Positions 49,970 through 62,449 of a stretch of DNA of 64,000 nucleotides are shown in pieces (positions within the stretch are counted from its first letter, which is position 1; the number at the start of each line of letters is the position of its first letter). Origin of the DNA: Takakia lepidozioides. Lineage: Eukaryota; Plantae; Bryophyta. Below the pieces are notes generated by a model, which searched no databases, was not told the DNA's origin, and saw only the letters and a program-made list of their open reading frames with translations. Both the position numbers and the translations under genes were made by a program. The stretch spans positions 1,984,001 to 2,048,000 of the forward strand of contig CM060733.1 of assembly GCA_030704615.1 (NCBI GenBank). Direction: 5' to 3'.

Positions 49970-52900
49970 AGAGAGTGAGAGGAATGGAGGAAATCAGGGT
50001 GAAGAGCACCACAATTCTGCAGAAACAAACGATGGCTACCCCACAGGCGATAAAGATACTGAAGGAGCTGAGATTGGAAGGATTGCAAAGCATGGATTGG
50101 ACACTACACCATAGACAGTACATGTTACAATTTTTGCAGAACTTTGAGCCAAAGACAGGAACAACAACGGTGAAGGGAGTTGAATTAATGATTACTCCCC
50201 TATACCTCCAGCAATTGTTTCGATTGCCAGCAGGTCATGTGTATGTGGAGGAACACAGGGAAAGACTGCAAATAGGGGATTTATTCCAAGAAGGGAGTTT
50301 CTTTAAAACTCAGGGTTATGCTTGTACCAAAGCTGTGTACCCAGGGTTAAAAGACATAGGCCAAGTATTGAACGTTTGATTGCCCTGAAACAGAACCAAC
50401 AATATTTGAGCAGATCCTTCACAGAGGAAATCCTCAAAGGCTTGAAGGGACAAGAGGTACCATGGGCGGACATAATGTACAACGCACTGGTAGAGGAGAT
50501 GAAAAGATTACAAGGTACTACCGCAAAATCTCCTATCATAGTGTCTGGCCCAATCATTGCTCAAATAATCCTTAGTTCTGGCATACTTAATGCACAAGAA
50601 AGGAAAGAAATGGGAGTGTTTGAGCCAGAAACAACTGCAATGGAAGAGCAAGGCTCTTCACACAGTGAGGGTGGACTAGCAGCACAACCCGAGACTAAGA
50701 GGCAGAGAAGGGGAAAGACTGTAGTGGCAGATCCACTGGCTTCACGGATTCCGCATGATAATGTTTCCCAAGCTCATGACCAGGAAGGGGCACAGCAGCA
50801 CAAAAGAATGTTATTACTGGAAGCAGGACCTTCAGAGAGGGAGGAAGAAGTTACTTCTGCATCACAGCCAACACAGCCACTTGAACGACTTGTCACAAGG
50901 TCACAAGTTATCCATGCAGCTCAACCCGAAATAATTGATTTGGAAAGTGAAGGGATAGATATTCCAACTACAGAACAGATAGTGGCAGAAATAGAGAAAG
51001 GGGACCTTCTCTATGAATATTCTGGTCTGGTCAAGCAGACAGAACTCCCAGAGGTGCAACAGTTGCCCAAGAGAAATCCTGAGGTACATATAATGCACAC
51101 ACCTGTGTCGGAGGTACCACAGGCGGAAGGCCATGACACTGTAGCACCGGTCATAAATGAAGTAGTTCAGGAAGAAAATCCGGTGGGACAATGGTCTGAA
51201 TGGTTAGTGAGACATCATACTGTTGAAGATCGGGAGGAACAGCAGCAACCTCACCATGATGACCCTCAACAGGCAATGCTGATGAGTTCCATAGGCAGGA
51301 CACTTAATTGGTTGGGGACTTATGTCAAAACCCATGTTCCAATTACCCAATTGACAGCCTTGAAAGAAGAACTCAGGAAGGAGTTTGAGGCTCGACTTGC
51401 CACTGAGTGTGCAAACAAGGTCGATGAAGAGGTCACTCTCAAGATGAAGCAGGACTTGGCCAATACAAAAATGGCTTTGCAATTGGCCAAGCAACAATTG
51501 ATTGAGGCAGGCCTCGCGCAAGACCAGTTGCACGAAGCACATAAGCAACAGCTATACCAAATGCAGGTGCAGCATGAAAGCAAGTTGCAAGAACTGAATG
51601 CACTACATACGGAGTTGCAGACAGTGCATAACAGGATGGCGATACAATGCGCTACATTTACAACTATGCTTGACCAATCAACAAAAGAAATAAACAGTCA
51701 AGCGGAAAAATGTACGAAGGCAGAAGAAGAGAATGTGGAGCACATGAAGCTCATTGTCGATATGAAGAATACAATCTGTCGCAATGAAGATACTCTCAAG
51801 CAATACAGGCAGATGGAAGCTGAGAATGAGAAATACATCGTGGAGTTGCAACAAACCATCGTGGCCAATAGAAATGAAATCGCGGTCAGTAACAAGGCTT
51901 CGAAAGAAGCCAATAATCTACTTGCTGCCTATGCGCAATTGGTTGAGCCACAGGCGAAGCGCATGAAGGCTTTACAACAGCAGTTGGAATTGTATAAGCT
52001 AAGAGAGGAGCAAACTCTCAGGGGAACCACAAGCAGCTTGGTGGATAACAGCCTTATGCAGGTCTGGTTAGCACAAGGACCAGTAGAGGGCAAAAGCCCA
52101 CGGAAGCTCACCCAAAGCGAGATGAATGAGCTTAGACTGCAGGTGCAGAACATTGCCACAACTACTATAGACAATGTCTATAGTAGGATAGCAGAGTTAC
52201 AAGAGGATGTAGACGGACTCCAGACTCAAGTGGAAGACCTCACTTCAAACATCGACCAAAGAGTCTATATCCCTCAGGAACAGCTAATGGCTTCTTATTT
52301 GCAAGCCAGAACTCTGGCTTTTCAGTCTTCACAGGAGGTGCAGGAGATGCCAATGGTACAGGAACCAGTACCACCACCACCACAACAGGTCAGTGTACCA
52401 GTAGCTGAACCTGTGGTTACTACAACCACACCACAGCCACCACAGCCGGAGGTATGGGGCAATGCAGCTTTTAACCCACCTAAAACTCCAGCTGCCAGGG
52501 AGTACAGTAGGGCTATGATTATGCCCTTCAACCAAATTCCCATCATGTTGGATTTGGCTTGGAAAGAATTTAGTCCTCCGCAGTCATTCGCACATTACTA
52601 CCAAATCATGCGTATTTGGCTGCCAGTGGCAACCAGGACTAAAGTTCTTCCAAACAATCGACATATTGAAGATCATCACTTTGCACAATACTGGCACGAG
52701 GCAGGTACCATGTTGAGGGAATTGGTTGCTTTCCAGGTTGTACATGGACTCATTTATACCAAGACCAAGGAAATAGCAAGTATTGTCATGGGGTGCGGGC
52801 TATACTACGCTGCTTGTTTTCTGATACGTTACCACATAGAGCAACAAAAGATGCAAGCACGCTTTCAAAGTTACTCCAGTGGAGATCATTGGGTATTACC

Positions 52901-53514
52901 TTCGGTGCCACCTCATATGTACCTATATGACCCAAAAGTTATGATACAGAAGGATTCTCAAATTCGTTCATGGTTTCAAGCAGCCTGCAACAATTTGTCA
53001 ACACAGAAATTCGGACTTGATGACATTTTCTATAAGGGACATATCGCATGGAAATACTTGCACGCTGCACCAGTAATTGGTACCCCACTCATCTGGACAG
53101 ACAAGGAGCTCAGTGTCTACACCAATTTTGCTGTTCAACGGTTACACCAGGTGTAAAATGCAAACTTCCAGACATGGTAGGACAGCATTGTATGCCCCAG
53201 ATGATTCCACAAAAAGTTCGAAAATTAAAACACCTGAGAGGCGATGAGGATTCTGATACAACTTTTCTTCACACAATTCTTTTGACATGGGAGAAGACTA
53301 TGCAATTCAGATGGAAGAGAAGAAACAAAGGGGATCTCCTATGCCGGAAAGATTACCTCGATATCAGCCTCCAGAAGGCCTCACTTATCCAGGTAGTGAT
53401 CAACCATCTCCATCAACCAGAGACAGACCTCGGGCTCGTACACACAGCCCACCACGAAACTCTCAACGTCAACAAGGTGCTCACTCACAAAGGTTTGCTA
53501 CTCGGAAACAGTAA
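49966..53514 (+). CDS. Extra ORF (~1180 aa after correcting 3 frameshifts): Athila-accessory-like N-domain, coiled coil, conserved C-domain, basic R/S tail
   Basis: QFLQNF..VKGVELMITP..LQQLFRLP N-domain; heptad-rich middle; four other partial copies in the window. Confidence 0.85.
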
Positions 53515-53535
53515 ACCGTGAGGACACGGCTTTTT

Positions 53536-53552
53536 GAGGGGGGAAGGGGTAA
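53536..53552 (+). promoter_or_regulatory. Polypurine tract
   Basis: GAGGGGGGAAGGGGTAA directly before the 3' LTR. Confidence 0.9.
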
Positions 53553-54666
53553 TGTTAGAGGACTGTAGGGGACTTAGACACTTATACGGGATCTGTAAGG
53601 GTACCCTTAATTTTTGCACAGACTGAGACAAACAGGAACCTTAGGGGTGACAGCAGCGCACTGTAGAGGGGGGTTACATAGCCCACACAGCCGACACAGC
53701 AGTCACAGCCCACACAGCCGTCACAGCCCACACAGCCAACACAGCCCGACACAGTCGTCACAGCCCACACAGCCAACACAGCCCGACACAGCCGTCACAG
53801 CCCACACAGCCAACACAGCCCGTCACAGTCGTCACAGCCCACACAGCCCACAGTCGTCACAGTCGTCACAGCACAGCCAACACAGCCCGTCACAGTCGTC
53901 ACAGCAGACACAGCCCACACAGCCAGTCACAGCCCGACACAGCCCACACAGCCAGTCACAGCCCGGCACAGCCACACAGCCCGGCACAGTCACAGCCCGA
54001 CACAGCCAAACACAGCCAGTCACCGCTTGACACAGCTGTCACGATAATAAGGAACGAAGAGTAGGACAGGGAATGACTGTGGGGAACAACACCAGTGAAG
54101 GGAACATGTTAGTTCACATACGACGGTTAGAGAGGGAAACGGTTAGAACCGCGGATAGGAGGATAAAGGGAAGAACGGGGAATGATGGGGGAGGATATCA
54201 TCATCATTATTCGGGGAGGACTTCGGAGGAGGCGGGAGCGGAAGTCGGTGAGCACGATGAAGGAGGAAAGAGGATTAATAGATGCTTGTTATATGCAAAG
54301 CTGTAGGGATATTGTAGAGGAGAATAGAGACACAATGGCTTCGGCCTGATACCTGATAAATCATAATCTGATACTTATACGATACAATCACACTGTGTAG
54401 AGAGATCTAAGTGAAGCTGTGGATTGAATGGAGGAGTGAAGGAAACCGATAAATTGATGAAGCAAACTGATACTTAATTATCAATGGTAAGGTAGCTAAG
54501 ATGAATGCGGAAAAGGAAACAAATAGGAAACACCCCCATGATACACTAGCTGTAGGTCATGACTGATTGTTCTGCGCGGGCTGAGTACTTAGAGATTTCC
54601 AACTCTTCTATCTTGGAGTTTCCGCCTCGGATAGCGAAGGGATGGGTGAGTAAAAGCCGCGCGACA
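53553..54666 (+). repeat. 3' LTR
   Basis: TGTTAG..CGACA followed by the TSD. Confidence 0.96.
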
Positions 54667-54671
54667 GTCTC

Positions 54672-57600
54672 GCCCTTGTATACCAACATGAGCTGCTGCT
54701 TTCTACTTAAAGCATCGGCCACCACATTGTCCCGTCTCGGTTTGTACTGGATATCCACGTCGAACACCGCCAAAGTATCTTGCCACCTAAGTTGTTTTGG
54801 GGACAACTTAGGCTGCATGACAAAATACTTCACCGTGACATTGTCCGTGAATACCTTCACCGGGTTGGAACCAACATAGTGGCGCCAAAGCTCAAGGCAA
54901 TGCACCACCGCCTTCATCTCTTTCTCGTGCGTCGGCCACCGTCGCTCCACTTCATTCAATTTCTTATTTTCGTAAGCCACTGGACGTCCATCTTGCATAA
55001 GTACACCCCCAATCGCGAAGTCCGACGCATCTGTATGAATCTCAAACGGGCGGTCGAACTCCGGGGTTTTCAAGACTGGAGCTTCTGCCATCCGCTACTT
55101 AGGCAAAAGCTTGGCCACAAAAGATGTTCCATACCCTTACCTTGGATTTACACAGAAGGTCTGACAGCGGCCCCGCGATCTTGGCGAAATTTCTCACATA
55201 CTTTCGGTAATAGGAGGCGAGTCCTAGGAAGGATTGCACTCCCGGGTTCGAAGTCGAAGGTTCCCTGTCCGAGATCGCTCTCACCTTTCTGTCATCCATT
55301 TTGATCCCGTCCTGTGTAATCACATGCCCTAGGAACTCCACTTTTGTGACCCCGAATTCGCACTTTGAAGCTTTGGCATACAGCTTCCCTTCCCGCAATT
55401 TCTAGAACACCTTTTTGAGGTGCTTCAGGTGCTCTTCCTTTGTTTTCGAGTGCACCAAGATGTCGTCGATGTACACGATCACAAAGTCATCCAGCCACTC
55501 CTGGAAAAGGCTGTTCATTAGCGTGCTAAAGGTCGTGGGTGCGTTGGTGAGTCCAAAAGGCATCACCAAGAACTCATACGAACCATATCTTGTCCTGCAC
55601 GCGGTTTTCTCCTCATCTCCCTCCGCCACTCGGATTTGATGGTAGCCGGAGCGCAAATCGATCCGGCTGAAATAATTCGCTCCTGCCAACCGATCAAAGA
55701 GGTCGTCAATTCTTGGCAAAGGGTACCGGTTCTTGATAGTCACCTTATTCAGAGCCCTGTAGTCGACACACATCCGCAGCGTCCCATCCTTCTTGTCTGC
55801 GAATAGCACCGAGGCTCCGTAAGGTGACTTACTCGGCCGGATGTACCCCTTTGACATTAGATCCTTGAACTGAGTCTTCAGCTCGACCAACTCTTTGTGG
55901 CTCAACCGGTAGGGCGCCTTGGCAGGCGGCTCCGATCCCGGTATCACCTCAATCTTGTGGTCAACTCCCTTTCACGGTGGCAAGCCGCTTAGTAAATCCT
56001 CCGGCATCACATCCTGGTATTTCTCCAAGATCCCTTTGATCCAATCTGGGCTCGGCTCCCTATTGCCTTCTCCCTTCACTTGTCTTACGTAAAGCAAAAA
56101 CTGGGGCTCGTGTGACTCCTCCACGGCCCACTCCCTTGCTGACAGAAGGTTTATTCGCCCTCCCACGGGGTTGGGCATTTCCGACACTCGTAAAACTTCA
56201 CCACCATTCCCACACGGTAGCGTGACTACTCTCTTGAGGCCATCTATGACCGCTCCGGATTTGCCCAAAAAGGTCATCCCCAAAATGAGATCCACTCCAT
56301 TGATCTCGCAAATGGTGAAGTTCTCACATCCCTCCCAACTCCCCAGTTGAAGAGGAACATTGAACGTCAATCTCGTCGCCAATTGTGGTTCTCCTTTGGC
56401 AGAACGCACCTCAATAGAGGCCCCCACATCACTTGTCGGGAGTCCTAGCTTTCGTGTCGTTGCCGGTGAAGGAGTGCGACGCTCCTATGTCCACCAACAA
56501 CGACACGTTAGTTCCGAAGATTATCCCACTCACAAACATTAACTGACTCCCTTTACGCAAGGCGCCAGTTTCCTGATACAACTCACAAGAATAGTTGCCT
56601 ACCTTGCAAGTCTTGGCGACCACCGCCTCCACCAAATGGCTGATGGAATCTTCGGACAACTCTGTGGTTGCCCGAGTCATGTTCAATTGTCGGGGTTTCG
56701 TGCACTTCTTGGCCATGTGCCCGGGCTCCCCACAATTGAAGCACACTCCATCGAAGGTCGCCTTTTGTCCGCCATAAGGCATCGCACCTGATTTTCCTTT
56801 CGGAGCATTGGGTGTCGTTGGCGTGTGAAGGCCCTCCCTTCGATTTCCACGTGCCATTGTCGCCGCGTGGCCTATCCCACTTCTTTTTCGGTCGAAAAGA
56901 ATCACCCTCCCACCGGGTCTTCTTGTGGTTCAGCTCCGTACGGCCTTGTCTTTTGCCCCTAGGGACATCTGAGAAACATTCAGCCCTCTCAATTGCCTCA
57001 TTCAAAGTCTTAGGTGGCTTCTCCTCCAACTTCCGCCTGGCCCATGGGGCCAATCCCGCCACAAAGTTGAAGACCATTTCTGGTTCTGCCATGTCCGTGA
57101 CTTCGAGCAACAGCACATTGAAAGCCTGAACATATCCCCGAATGTCATCCGTTTGCTTCAAATTCCTTATCTTGTCCTGGGCGAGCCAGGACACGTTGAA
57201 GGGCACAAACTGTCTCTTCATAAGTTCCTTGAACCCACTCCAGTTCAAGGTTTCTGGGTTTGGACCTCGGTCGTGAAGGCGTTTCTGCCACCATTGTTGA
57301 GCATAGCCCCTCAAATAGGTGGGAGCCACTTCCACCCGATCCTCGTCACTCAACTTGGCCGCCCGAAAGTACTGCTCTAGCTCCAAGAGCCAGGTGTTGA
57401 GTGCCTTCTGATTTTGGATGCCCTCGAAGGTGTTGGGTACCTTAGGCTTCACCTTAAACTTTGCCTTAGTGGAAGTGACATTAGCCGCCTTCAACACATC
57501 TTTCAACGTCCCGCCAAACTGCACCAACAACCCTTCCCAAAAGGCTGCTGGCATGGGATGCATCTGTTGGTCTGTCGGAGCTCTCAGGGATTCCTCGGGC

Positions 57601-57686
57601 TCCGACTCCTCAAATTCCTCCCGTTCTTGAGCGGCCTCGTTTTCAAAAGCATGCATCGCTTCCTCAAATGGCCGCTTCGGTGACAC
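54672..57686 (-). pseudogene. Chromovirus gag-protease-RT-RNase H, frameshifted
   Basis: Gag YLRGYAQQWW, knuckle [70 protein letters not shown]. Confidence 0.93.
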
Positions 57687-57802
57687 GTCGCCCCCATCGG
57701 GCTCACCAGGATCATCATCTTTCGGGTCGTTCTGCTTTCACTTTGGCTTGCCCGATCCCATGATGAGGCCGATCCCAAGGACGATCGCGTACTGAACTCT
57801 AA

Positions 57803-57814
57803 GCTCTGATACCA
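57803..57814 (-). promoter_or_regulatory. Primer-binding site, tRNA-iMet
   Basis: TGGTATCAGAGC on the minus strand, 2 nt from the LTR end at 57817. Confidence 0.93.
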
Positions 57815-58536
57815 AGTGTCGCGCACCTCACTTCGGTAAGCTCCCCTTTAAGTCATAGTTACTCGCTTTGATGCGCGTGCCTAACTCCCAACCTGGCCGC
57901 CAGGCCAACTCGGAGCTTCGGCTACTCACCGGGACATAACGGTCCCCCTTTTCTCCCCCAACAGACCCTCCACCAATTTGGACCTAGTGGAAATTCCCTT
58001 TGGTAGATGGCAGTCCGGAATAGCTCCCCACTTCTTGGTCACTTTCCGGCTCGCTCGCTTACTCACTAGTTTTTGGTCACCAACGGGCTTGCACTATTCT
58101 CGGGGTTACTACTCCTTATATATACTTCTGTGACTGTCCGCGGGGGGTTCACAAACAACCATGCCATTTTATGGCGAACCACCACGAAGACCCTCGATTC
58201 TCGGTGATGAGTCTTGGCCCATCCACCACGGCCCCATTGGACCATGGTGAGTCCCAAGACTTCCCACGACTCCCACCACAAGGTCTTTGCCCCATGGTGA
58301 GTCCTATGCCACCCCCACTAAGTCCCACTAAGCTACCACCACCCCTTGTGGAGCCACCCCCACCGCAACCCGGTGTGCGGGGCTCCACCTAGTGAGCGCC
58401 TCCGCCTCCTGGAGTGCCTTGGGCACTCAAGGGTGCTTCAGCCCCCCATACCTATTGCTGCCACCGCCCCCACCACAAGGGCAGCCCCTCTGCGTCCCGA
58501 CCCCCTGCCCTCAAGGCAAAGGGCCGCGACACCACT

Positions 58537-61200
58537 GACATTCCATCTAGTCCCGGGGATTTGCCGTTATGCAGCTTTGAGAGAGCGTTCCTGAGCTCCA
58601 TCTCTGTGAATGACCCTTCCAGGGAGGCAGCTAGCTCATGGGTGAGCAATGAAGGAGTGGATTGAAGGCAGTGATTCTGATGGGGAGATGTTGCAGTGTG
58701 ACCTCCGGAGATACTGCTAAATAAGGATTCAAAGTGTTTGCCCGCTAAGCTTGCCATGTGTTTGGGAGAAGAGGCGGATATGCCTAAAGGCTGGTCAATC
58801 AGTTCAGTGATGTTTTGAGAGGCTCTGCGCAGCTTGGATTTTTCGAAGAAATATTTGGTTATCTTTTCCCCTTTTGTAGACTAGTTTATGCCTGCCTGAA
58901 GTTTGAGTTTTTGTTCTTGGGTAGACTGAAGAATCTCTAGGTTTTCCTTGTCTTGGAGGTAAGTCATGTATGTGTGCTCATCACATCTAGTGGATTGTAC
59001 TCTAGATTGACATACCGAAAGACATTTCTAAAGGGCCTTGATTTTGCGGGAACGGGCTTGGGCCAAGCTTTTGCTCATGGACTGGGCTTTATTGCAGGCG
59101 GCTTTGAGTTTAGCTTCAAACTTGGAGGATGGGTCAGTCGCTGTTCCACCCTCTTCATTCCAAGCTTGAAGAAGGCCTTGTTTGAAAGAGGTTAGTTTTA
59201 ACAGGGAGGAGTTCAGCTTGTATAAGCCTCTCCCCCTGGATTGAGTATTTGGGATTTTGATTGTTGATGATACCAGAGCATGACCAAAGCCCTGTTGGAT
59301 CGGAATTTGGGGGATTCTAGAAATCCACTGAACAAGGTTGAGGGACGTATAAAATCTATTCAGTCTAGCCATTTGAAGGTGAGGGAGAGATCTATTGTTG
59401 TCCAGGTAAAGGATGGAAGGGTAGTGCTTGTCCCATGGGGCTGAGTGATGGCTTCTGTGAGGTTGTGGTTCTGAGTGAGAATGTTCCAGGAGTCTATCTC
59501 TAATGAGGAGGGGTTTACTAGTGATGGACCTCTACGATCACGAAGATCCTCCACCATGTTGAAGTCTCCTATTAATATCCAGCTGTCTATGTTTGAAGCA
59601 TCTTTCATTTTGCTGTCTATGGCAGTCCAGAAATCTGCCCTGTCTATGGTGGAGTTCGGAGCGTAAATGTTGACTATTCCTAGCGATCTTGCGTTGTTGG
59701 GAATTGCAATTTTGTAGAATTGAGCTCTTCCTGGAATCCACCAGGCCTCTGAAACTAGTAGAGCGTGGATTGTTGGAGAGAGGAGGATTGTTGTGCCTCC
59801 TCTTGAGCCCATGGAGGTTGGTTTCCAAAGCGACAGCCCAGTAGGCCATAGTTGATCTGAGAGTTGCCGAATTTTTTGCGGGTCTAACTTGTGTTCCTGG
59901 ATAGCGATAATGGCATCTTGCTGCAGCAGCGGGCTGAGCCAAGACCTTAGTCTGACTCTTTTTAGGGAGTCTGGGCCCGTCCCCATTCCCCGAACATTCC
60001 AAGAATCCAGCCTAATGTACATGATGAGGAAGAGCTAGGGCTAAAGAATTACTCTCATTTGATGGCCCCGTAGGATCAAAGAAGAATCTGACCCTTTTGT
60101 CTGTTGGAAACAAACAATTTTTCCAGTGGATCCCCGAGGGAGATTCGGGAGAAGTTTCTTGATATTCATCATAATAACAGTTGAGGTTTGGGTTGAATGA
60201 TCAGTAATGGCTGCGAACTGTCCGTGGTGTGGGTGGATGGCAGAGATGGAGAGGAGACAGGTAGCTGAGCGGAAATAGTCTGAGGGTAGTGCAATCTGAA
60301 AGGCAGGGAGGCTGGTATTGTTTTGTTCACTATTAAGATAAGGCATAGCTAGAGAGGAAGGCAGCTCGATGCAAAGTATTTTCCTGCGATTTGGTTTGGC
60401 AGCCAGGTCTTTGCAACACAACACCCAACATCTTTTGGGGTTCCTCTTATCCATGTAATAAATGAAACAGGGTTTGGGTGAAAGAAGAACCTGGCCCATT
60501 GAGTTAATAGCATCCTCTGCCAGTGTCTCTGCAGCTGCCACCGCGTGCTCCATAGGTGTCGTCGTGGGCTCCTTAAGTGCCCCTTCCACAGGGTCAATTG
60601 CTTCAGAGAGGGGCTGGCTGGCGAACACGTCATTTTTGCTGTTTGATCCAGATTTGTCCTGCATGTTCATTGTTGGTACCCCTGATTCCGCAGAGATGCT
60701 AGAGGATGATGAAGAAGATGGATGTATATGAGGCCCATACAGGTAGTCCCTGGTTCTTTGCAGGTCCCCTCTGTGATTGTTCTCGTCGATGTCTGCTTCT
60801 ACAATAGCCCCAGGATAGAGAAGGCATTAGCCAATGTATCTCTGTATCTGGGCTTGAGCCTGCTTGCCCCTCTTGGCCCTGATGGTGGGACGTTGGGGAG
60901 GATACCCGAGTCCGCCGGTGGCGGGGTTGGGGAGGGCAGAGCATCCCGTGCTGGAATCCATTTTCCTTTTGAGGTCCACGAAGCCTTCTTTGCTGCAGCT
61001 TCCACCCTCATTGGATCCGAATCTTGTCTTAGCTTTTTGTTGACGTGGACGGATGGGCTAATGGAGCTCCCTCCCCCCCTCATGACATCGTTTTGACCTT
61101 TTACCTGCAGGAGATCTGTCGGATCCCTGGAGATGGCTGGCCCCCTTGGCTGGCTTGGCTGACTTGGCTGATTCCTTCTAGAGAAATTCGAGGCCATCCT
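58537..61200 (-). mobile_element. LINE (L1-like): ORF1 3' part, APE endonuclease and start of RT; disrupted
   Basis: SWNVRG, IAIQEHK, VNIYAPN, ILIGDFN, RL(N/D)RFY, YKLNSSLL, KSPGLDG. ORF2 ATG at 60022; upstream frames 60041-61200. Confidence 0.92.
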
Positions 61201-61215
61201 CGGCGGTGTGATGCC

Positions 61216-62449
61216 ATCAGCCAAAGGAAGGACTGACATTTCCAAGTAGTGCTCAATCATCTCCCTCAACCAGTGACAGGACAGGGGCTCGCACACGGAG
61301 TCCTTCATGAGACTCTCAACGTCACAAGGGTGCTCGCTCACAAAGGTTTGCTAATCCCAAACAGTAAACCGTGACGACACGGCTTTTTGAGAGGAGGAGG
61401 GTAAATGTTAGGGGGCTGCTTGGGACTTAGATGCTTTTACGGGATCTGTGGGGTACCCTTAATTTTTACACAGACTGAGACCAACAGGAGCCTTAGGGGT
61501 GACAACAACAGGCTTTAGGGAAGAGATACACAGCCTGACACAGTCCATCACAGCCCGTCACAGCTTCGCACAGCCAACACAGCCCGTCACAGTCCGACAC
61601 AGCCAACATAGCCGACACAGCCCAACACAGCCAGTCACAGCCCGATACAGCCGCCACAGCTTCGCATAGCCCTACACAGCCCGACACAGCCAGTCACGGC
61701 CCACCACAGCCTGATACAGCCAGTCACAGCTCGGCACAACTGGGGAACAGTTATCATTGGCAAGGAACGACGTTGGGGGAACGACATCTGAAAAAAAAAC
61801 GTGTACTACAGGGATGACGGTTAGTTAGGAAAGCGGTTAGAACAGCTTGTAGGTAGAAAAAGCGAAGAGCGGGGACGTCTAGGGATCACTTCTTGGTGGG
61901 GGACTTTGGGCATCAGGGCTTGGAAATAGAAGAGAAAGCACATCTCTGAGTGGGAAAGATGAAGAGCACGGAGTAGGAGAAGTGACAATCTGTTGTTACT
62001 TGATGAATGCAAGCTGTAGAATTGTAATGTAGAGTAGATTAGAGACACCATGGCTTCAGCCTGATACTTGATAGATATTAATCTGATACATACTTCATAT
62101 TCACACTTTGTAGAGAGACCTGAATGAAGCTGTGGAATGAATGGATGGAACTTGATAGATTTCTGAAGCAACCTGATACTTAATTGCAGATAGTAAGGTA
62201 ACTCACTAACATGAATGCGGGAAGGAGTACAAATAGGAAACACCCCCATGATACACTAGCTGTAGGTCATGACTGATTGTTCTGAGCGGGCTGAGTGCTT
62301 AGAGATTTCCAACTCTTCTATCTTGGAGTTTCCACCTCGGATAGCGAAGGGATGGGTGAGTAAAAGCCGCTCGACATTTGGCGACCATACTGGGGAACTG
62401 GGTCATGAACAACAAGATGTGACAGGCATCTGGTGGGATCATGGTGGTT
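61216..62449 (+). mobile_element. Athila-like fragment: extra-ORF end, PPT, LTR (61406-62376), PBS and ORF0 start
   Basis: Stop at 61365-61367, PPT 61389-61405, TG..CA LTR, PBS 62379-62396. Confidence 0.9.

Larger units (their letters stand above)
41105..54666 (+). mobile_element. Near-complete non-chromoviral Gypsy (Athila-like) LTR retrotransposon with extra ORFs
   Basis: TSD GTCTC (41100-41104, 54667-54671). LTRs 41105-42231 and 53553-54666 are nearly identical outside the minisatellite. PBS and PPT present. No second RNase H and no chromodomain visible. Confidence 0.96.
38674..58531 (-). mobile_element. Gypsy chromovirus, full length, interrupted by the Athila-like element
   Basis: TSD CCACT (38669-38673 and 58532-58536). 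LTRs 57817-58531 and 38674-~39422. tRNA-iMet PBS. Domain order gag-PR-RT-RH-INT-chromodomain. Confidence 0.93.

Noticed and set aside
49966-53514. Retroviral Env glycoprotein
   Set aside because: No signal peptide and no convincing transmembrane anchor; only the position is env-like.
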